DNA of 64,000 bases, from positions 288,001 through 352,000 of the forward strand of contig OY843751.1 in NCBI GenBank assembly GCA_963693055.1. The letters run 5' to 3'. A program made the translations under genes and the position numbers. Below are positions 60,163 to 64,000 of this stretch, in pieces (position 1 is the first letter of the stretch; each line of letters begins with the position of its first letter). The notes under the pieces were generated by a model. The model had not been told where the DNA came from. It saw only the letters and a program-made list of their open reading frames with translations, and made no database searches. The DNA is from a bacterium. Lineage in GTDB: Bacteria; Zhuqueibacterota; Zhuqueibacteria; Residuimicrobiales; Krinioviventaceae.

Positions 60163-61224
60163 TTAAAATTGCACACCAAAACTGCTGCAATGAATGTTGC
60201 CCAAAACTCCAAGCGTACGATAGGCATAATCAATATTGATTGACAGATTTGGAGAAAGATGATAATTTAAACCAGCTCCAAAAGTGGGCCCATAGTTAGA
60301 TTTTTCTAAAAACAGGGCTTTGTAGCCTGCCCGTAGAGAGAAATCTCCATATCCCGGGGCAAAAAATTTGTATTCTGCACCAGCATTAATGGATTCACCC
60401 ATGTTGTTTGGATGCAGGGCGTCAGCCTCCAGGACTAATTTTTGGTTTCCCAAAGAGATAGGAGTAACGGCAATACCAACCCGGAAAATGAGTGGTAATT
60501 CCCATTCAGACATTTTATATTTTCCCTGAAGATTTTGATAATTACCGTTAGCATCTACGTCAATGTCTACCGGAATCAGCAAATCATCACCATCGTATTC
60601 CATCTTTGAGCCATAATTTGATATGCTCATACCAATACGAAGACCATCTTTATTCTTGCTGTTAGGTGAAAAGAACGGGGTTTGCACAAGAACGCCCAAA
60701 TCAGCAGCAATAGCGTGACTGTTTGTATGCCAAATTTTTGAGTTGATGTATTTAAACGTAGCACCAAAGGAAAACCATTGAGCAATACTTTGGGCATATG
60801 ATAAACTAAAGTTGTAATCTAGTGCTGTATATTTTTCACCAGTACCATTCTGGTATTCAAGCGTTGTCACATCGATATCACCATAATTAAGGCTAAATAC
60901 TCCTACTGCTATAGTGCCGAGTCCCTGCAATGGCATAGCGAATCCTGAAAACATTGAATTTATATCAACCACCCATGGTTGATACATAAACAGCGCTTCG
61001 TTAGATTTCAAAAAGGCTAGACCAGCAGGGTTCCAATAAATGGATGACATGTCTCCGGTAGATGCAACATATGCATCTCCCATGGCATTGCCAGCAGCGC
61101 CAATCCCTATTTCCAAAAAACTAGCGGATGTTGTACCAACCCTATAGGGTTGCTGGGCTAGTCCCTGAATGCTTATCAGTAAAAAAAATGTCAAAATTGA
61201 AACTCTAAGGTGTCCTCTTAACAT
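60163..61224 (-). CDS. PorV/PorQ (UPF0164) family outer-membrane beta-barrel
   Basis: GTTSASFLEIGIGA...AMGDAY...SIYWNPAGLA; LPLIFRVG; C-terminal GVQF. Confidence 0.9.
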   Translation of the reverse strand: MLRGHLRVSILTFFLLISIQGLAQQPYRVGTTSASFLEIGIGAAGNAMGDAYVASTGDMSSIYWNPAGLAFLKSNEALFMYQPWVVDINSMFSGFAMPLQGLGTIAVGVFSLNYGDIDVTTLEYQNGTGEKYTALDYNFSLSYAQSIAQWFSFGATFKYINSKIWHTNSHAIAADLGVLVQTPFFSPNSKNKDGLRIGMSISNYGSKMEYDGDDLLIPVDIDVDANGNYQNLQGKYKMSEWELPLIFRVGIAVTPISLGNQKLVLEADALHPNNMGESINAGAEYKFFAPGYGDFSLRAGYKALFLEKSNYGPTFGAGLNYHLSPNLSINIDYAYRTLGVLGNIHCSSFGVQF

Positions 61225-61260
61225 TACTTTATCCTTTCAATCTTAAAAAAATTTGTGAAC

Positions 61261-64000
61261 TTATTTAATGACACCAAATTTGCCGACTTTTTCTTCACCG
61301 GTCTCATCATCTTTAACATGATATAAATACATACCGGCAGCTATTTCCAATCCTTCCCAGGAAAGCATATCCCAGTGTAGAGTACCGGTATTATTGTCGC
61401 CAAAGCCTGAAAAGGTTGTCAAGCAGTCTCCCGGGCTATTTAATTCCCGTACAAGCATACCACTCACTGTAAAGATTTTGATAGTACATTTGGCAGGTAG
61501 ATTTGTAAATAACAATCTTCTACGCTGGTTCAGATATTTATTGACCACAGAGGGTTCCATCATATTTGTAGCAACATAAGGATTGGGAACTACACGTATG
61601 GAATCCATTAATGATTTCGCATTATTCGTATTGATCAATTTTTCGGCAGAAACTGTGAATGTCAATGAATCGGTTTTATACCAGGGTTTTAGGTGGCGAA
61701 TGGCATAAACATCGTTTGCTTTGGGTAAGTCACTTTCGTCATCGCAGCGTTGGAAATCAATGATGAATAAAACCCCATCCCATAATTTATTTGCATTATA
61801 TGGGCCAGCCAAAATACGATCTTCCAGAATATCAAACTGGCCGTTAGCATTCATGTCCTGAACCAGCATATCTAAAACACGAGGTGCTCCGGTAGAATCG
61901 GCAAAATCCAGACATTCAATTCTAAAGTTAAACTCTTCTTCAACCAGCAATTCATCTTTATTTAATCTGTTTCCATTTTCATCGTCAAGATAACCGGCAT
62001 ATCGCTGGGTAATCTGTGTTTTATGCAGGGGCTGATCGGAAAAGACAATGTTATAATCCCAGCTATAGCATTCCATGGCCAGGTTATCAATATAACGGAT
62101 GTTCATGGGAGATTCACCAGGCATCCATCCTGTGTTGGCCACATCGAGTTCTGCCAGGTCTGCATCCATTTGAACGCCCAGTTGTATTCCATCAAAAATA
62201 TCTGTCCACAAGAGTTCAGATGATGCCAGGTGGTAATGGTCGTCCTTTTCAATAATGGAAGTCATGTTAGCAGGGCCGCCACTTCCTAATACATCTGCAA
62301 GAACCAGTCTGTTATCTTCTGTTACATCATAGACCTTTAATCCATTAGCAGTGTATTTATATCCATAACCTGCATGGTATCTATAAGCAGAATCAATCTG
62401 ATCATAAGAGAATTTTATTTTATAGACGTGGTCATCTTTTAATGAATTGATATCAATAACTTGAGGAACAATTTTACCACCACCAATAGAACCATTATCA
62501 TCAACCTGAAAATCAACAGTCACTTCCTCTCCCGCAGCATCAGAACCGGGGGTAACAATTGCTACATTAGCACCAATGAATTCTATATTTTCAGAATCAT
62601 CTTTTCTGATAATGGCATTGTTTTCGGATGGAGAAATTCCGGCATTTTCATCCTGAGATATGAGGGAGGTTCCCTTGAGTCTGTCAGGTTCTATACCATA
62701 GTCGTAAGCTACCAGGGCATAATAATAGGTACGTCCATTTTGAACGGTTTCATCTTTGAATGAATACGCTACACCAGAGTTGTCACCCAGATAATAAGCC
62801 GTTCCATTCAAAAATCCCCAGGTGGCAAAACCTTCATACTCGTTTTTAAGGTCGCATTGAAAAATGGGTTTTGAAAAAGCTGCAGATCCATAACCATCTG
62901 TTATTACCATGGGATCAAGCATATCCGGATCTGTGGAACGATATACTTTATAGCCTTCAAAATCATTCTCTCCATTAAGAAATGATTCTTTTGTCAATCG
63001 GTCTGAACGATCGTCCCACATGAGTTGAACAAAACCGTCTCCGGCAACAGCCGTGAGCTTGGGCATTTCGGGTGGTTGAGCAAAACGATAGTCTTTTTCA
63101 TAAATAAGCTGAACTACATTTTTTAATGTAAAAAGGGCGGGAGCTGAATGATCAGCAGAAGTCAAACCTGCAAGGTCATCAAAAGTATGCAGCTCGGAAA
63201 TTGAGATAAATTCAGTTTGACCACGGTAAAGCGGAAAGATAGCCGTAGAAAATAGCTGAAACAGGTTGTCGATGTGTGTGGCACCGGCTTCCAGAATTCC
63301 ACTGGTCATATTTCTATATACGGACTCGTCATTTCTGAACCAGTTTACATAAGGCGCTGTATGTATAGGCGCTTCGTAAAATAACAATGTTGTTAAACCC
63401 AACATATCAGTTTCAGTTACATCAGTCCAGCCAAAATTTGGTTCAGCGTAACCTTCTCCAATGTCCGGTTTGTGATTACATTCAGTGCCGTCAGCATCGG
63501 GACCGGTATAATTTAATTCACTGGGAGAAACACCGTCGAGACCAATATCATCACCGGCATATTCGTCTGCCTGATAAATTCCGTCATTATTGGTGTCTTC
63601 ACCATCAGACCAATCCTGATCTTCGTCACCTGACCAATGCTCTACCAAATCTTCTTCAGTTTTGCCATAAAAGGATAGAAAATCATCTAAATTGGTTATA
63701 CCGTCATACTTGCCGACAAACATACCAGCGTCATTGTCACGCTCTTCATCGACCAAACCATCCTGATCATTATCTATAAAGTCATTAAAAATACCAGGAC
63801 TTTCAAGATAGGCATAACCCGCGGTTCCGGTTTTATATCCACCAGAACCAACTCCGTCAGTATCCCAGCAATATGACAAGTTCATAACTTTATTAAAATT
63901 GCCATCTTCACCCGTGTTTTCGCCACCAATATTATTGTCTAGCCAGTAACCAAATGCCATATTGGGTAGATCATAATCTGAAATATTTGCAACAGTATAT
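61261..64000 (-). CDS. Large secreted protein (5' truncated by the window edge) with acidic Ca-binding-like repeats, an FnIII-like domain and a PNPY-type C-terminal domain
   Basis: DNDQDGLVDE, DTNNDG; FEGYKVYRS...NGRTYYY; IRVVPNPY...FTNLP...IFTVSG...WDM...GMYLY...GKFGVIK. Confidence 0.85.
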   Translation of the reverse strand, partial: YTVANISDYDLPNMAFGYWLDNNIGGENTGEDGNFNKVMNLSYCWDTDGVGSGGYKTGTAGYAYLESPGIFNDFIDNDQDGLVDEERDNDAGMFVGKYDGITNLDDFLSFYGKTEEDLVEHWSGDEDQDWSDGEDTNNDGIYQADEYAGDDIGLDGVSPSELNYTGPDADGTECNHKPDIGEGYAEPNFGWTDVTETDMLGLTTLLFYEAPIHTAPYVNWFRNDESVYRNMTSGILEAGATHIDNLFQLFSTAIFPLYRGQTEFISISELHTFDDLAGLTSADHSAPALFTLKNVVQLIYEKDYRFAQPPEMPKLTAVAGDGFVQLMWDDRSDRLTKESFLNGENDFEGYKVYRSTDPDMLDPMVITDGYGSAAFSKPIFQCDLKNEYEGFATWGFLNGTAYYLGDNSGVAYSFKDETVQNGRTYYYALVAYDYGIEPDRLKGTSLISQDENAGISPSENNAIIRKDDSENIEFIGANVAIVTPGSDAAGEEVTVDFQVDDNGSIGGGKIVPQVIDINSLKDDHVYKIKFSYDQIDSAYRYHAGYGYKYTANGLKVYDVTEDNRLVLADVLGSGGPANMTSIIEKDDHYHLASSELLWTDIFDGIQLGVQMDADLAELDVANTGWMPGESPMNIRYIDNLAMECYSWDYNIVFSDQPLHKTQITQRYAGYLDDENGNRLNKDELLVEEEFNFRIECLDFADSTGAPRVLDMLVQDMNANGQFDILEDRILAGPYNANKLWDGVLFIIDFQRCDDESDLPKANDVYAIRHLKPWYKTDSLTFTVSAEKLINTNNAKSLMDSIRVVPNPYVATNMMEPSVVNKYLNQRRRLLFTNLPAKCTIKIFTVSGMLVRELNSPGDCLTTFSGFGDNNTGTLHWDMLSWEGLEIAAGMYLYHVKDDETGEEKVGKFGVIK

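Overview
Bacterial chromosome segment, AT-rich by eye. FlgD-Ig/'PNPFNP' C-terminal sorting domains, a PorV-family gene, SusD-less TonB loci and strong GGAGG ribosome-binding sites suggest an FCB-superphylum lineage outside classical Bacteroidia (KSB1/Calditrichota-like; this is an inference). Layout: 1-13 kb, housekeeping and accessory genes (HU, two nitroreductases, L,D-transpeptidase, AbgT, a frameshifted PD40 propeller). 13-24 kb, hybrid two-component system, TonB receptor, CTD surface protein and PL6 lyase. 25-38 kb, a sigma54/NifA-type controlled group II Mo-nitrogenase operon (nifH-nifI1-nifI2-nifD-nifK-fdx). nifE, nifN and nifB are absent from the window, and the operon runs straight into an HmuY-like lipoprotein, a TonB receptor and a FecCD-type ABC importer; this is the most striking system here. 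38-45.5 kb, a REP/MITE-rich patch with AT-rich orphan ORFs. 45.6-64 kb, a large minus-strand secreted, probably glycan-related locus (PorV family, C-type lectin, triple-repeat CTD protein, Rid/FkbO-like, TolB-TPR, GH-like proteins). Perfect 12-nt Shine-Dalgarno motifs without a properly spaced start codon precede both intact FlgD-CTD surface-protein genes. No rRNA, tRNA, CRISPR array or transposase was recognised. All family calls come from motif recognition by eye, not database searches.
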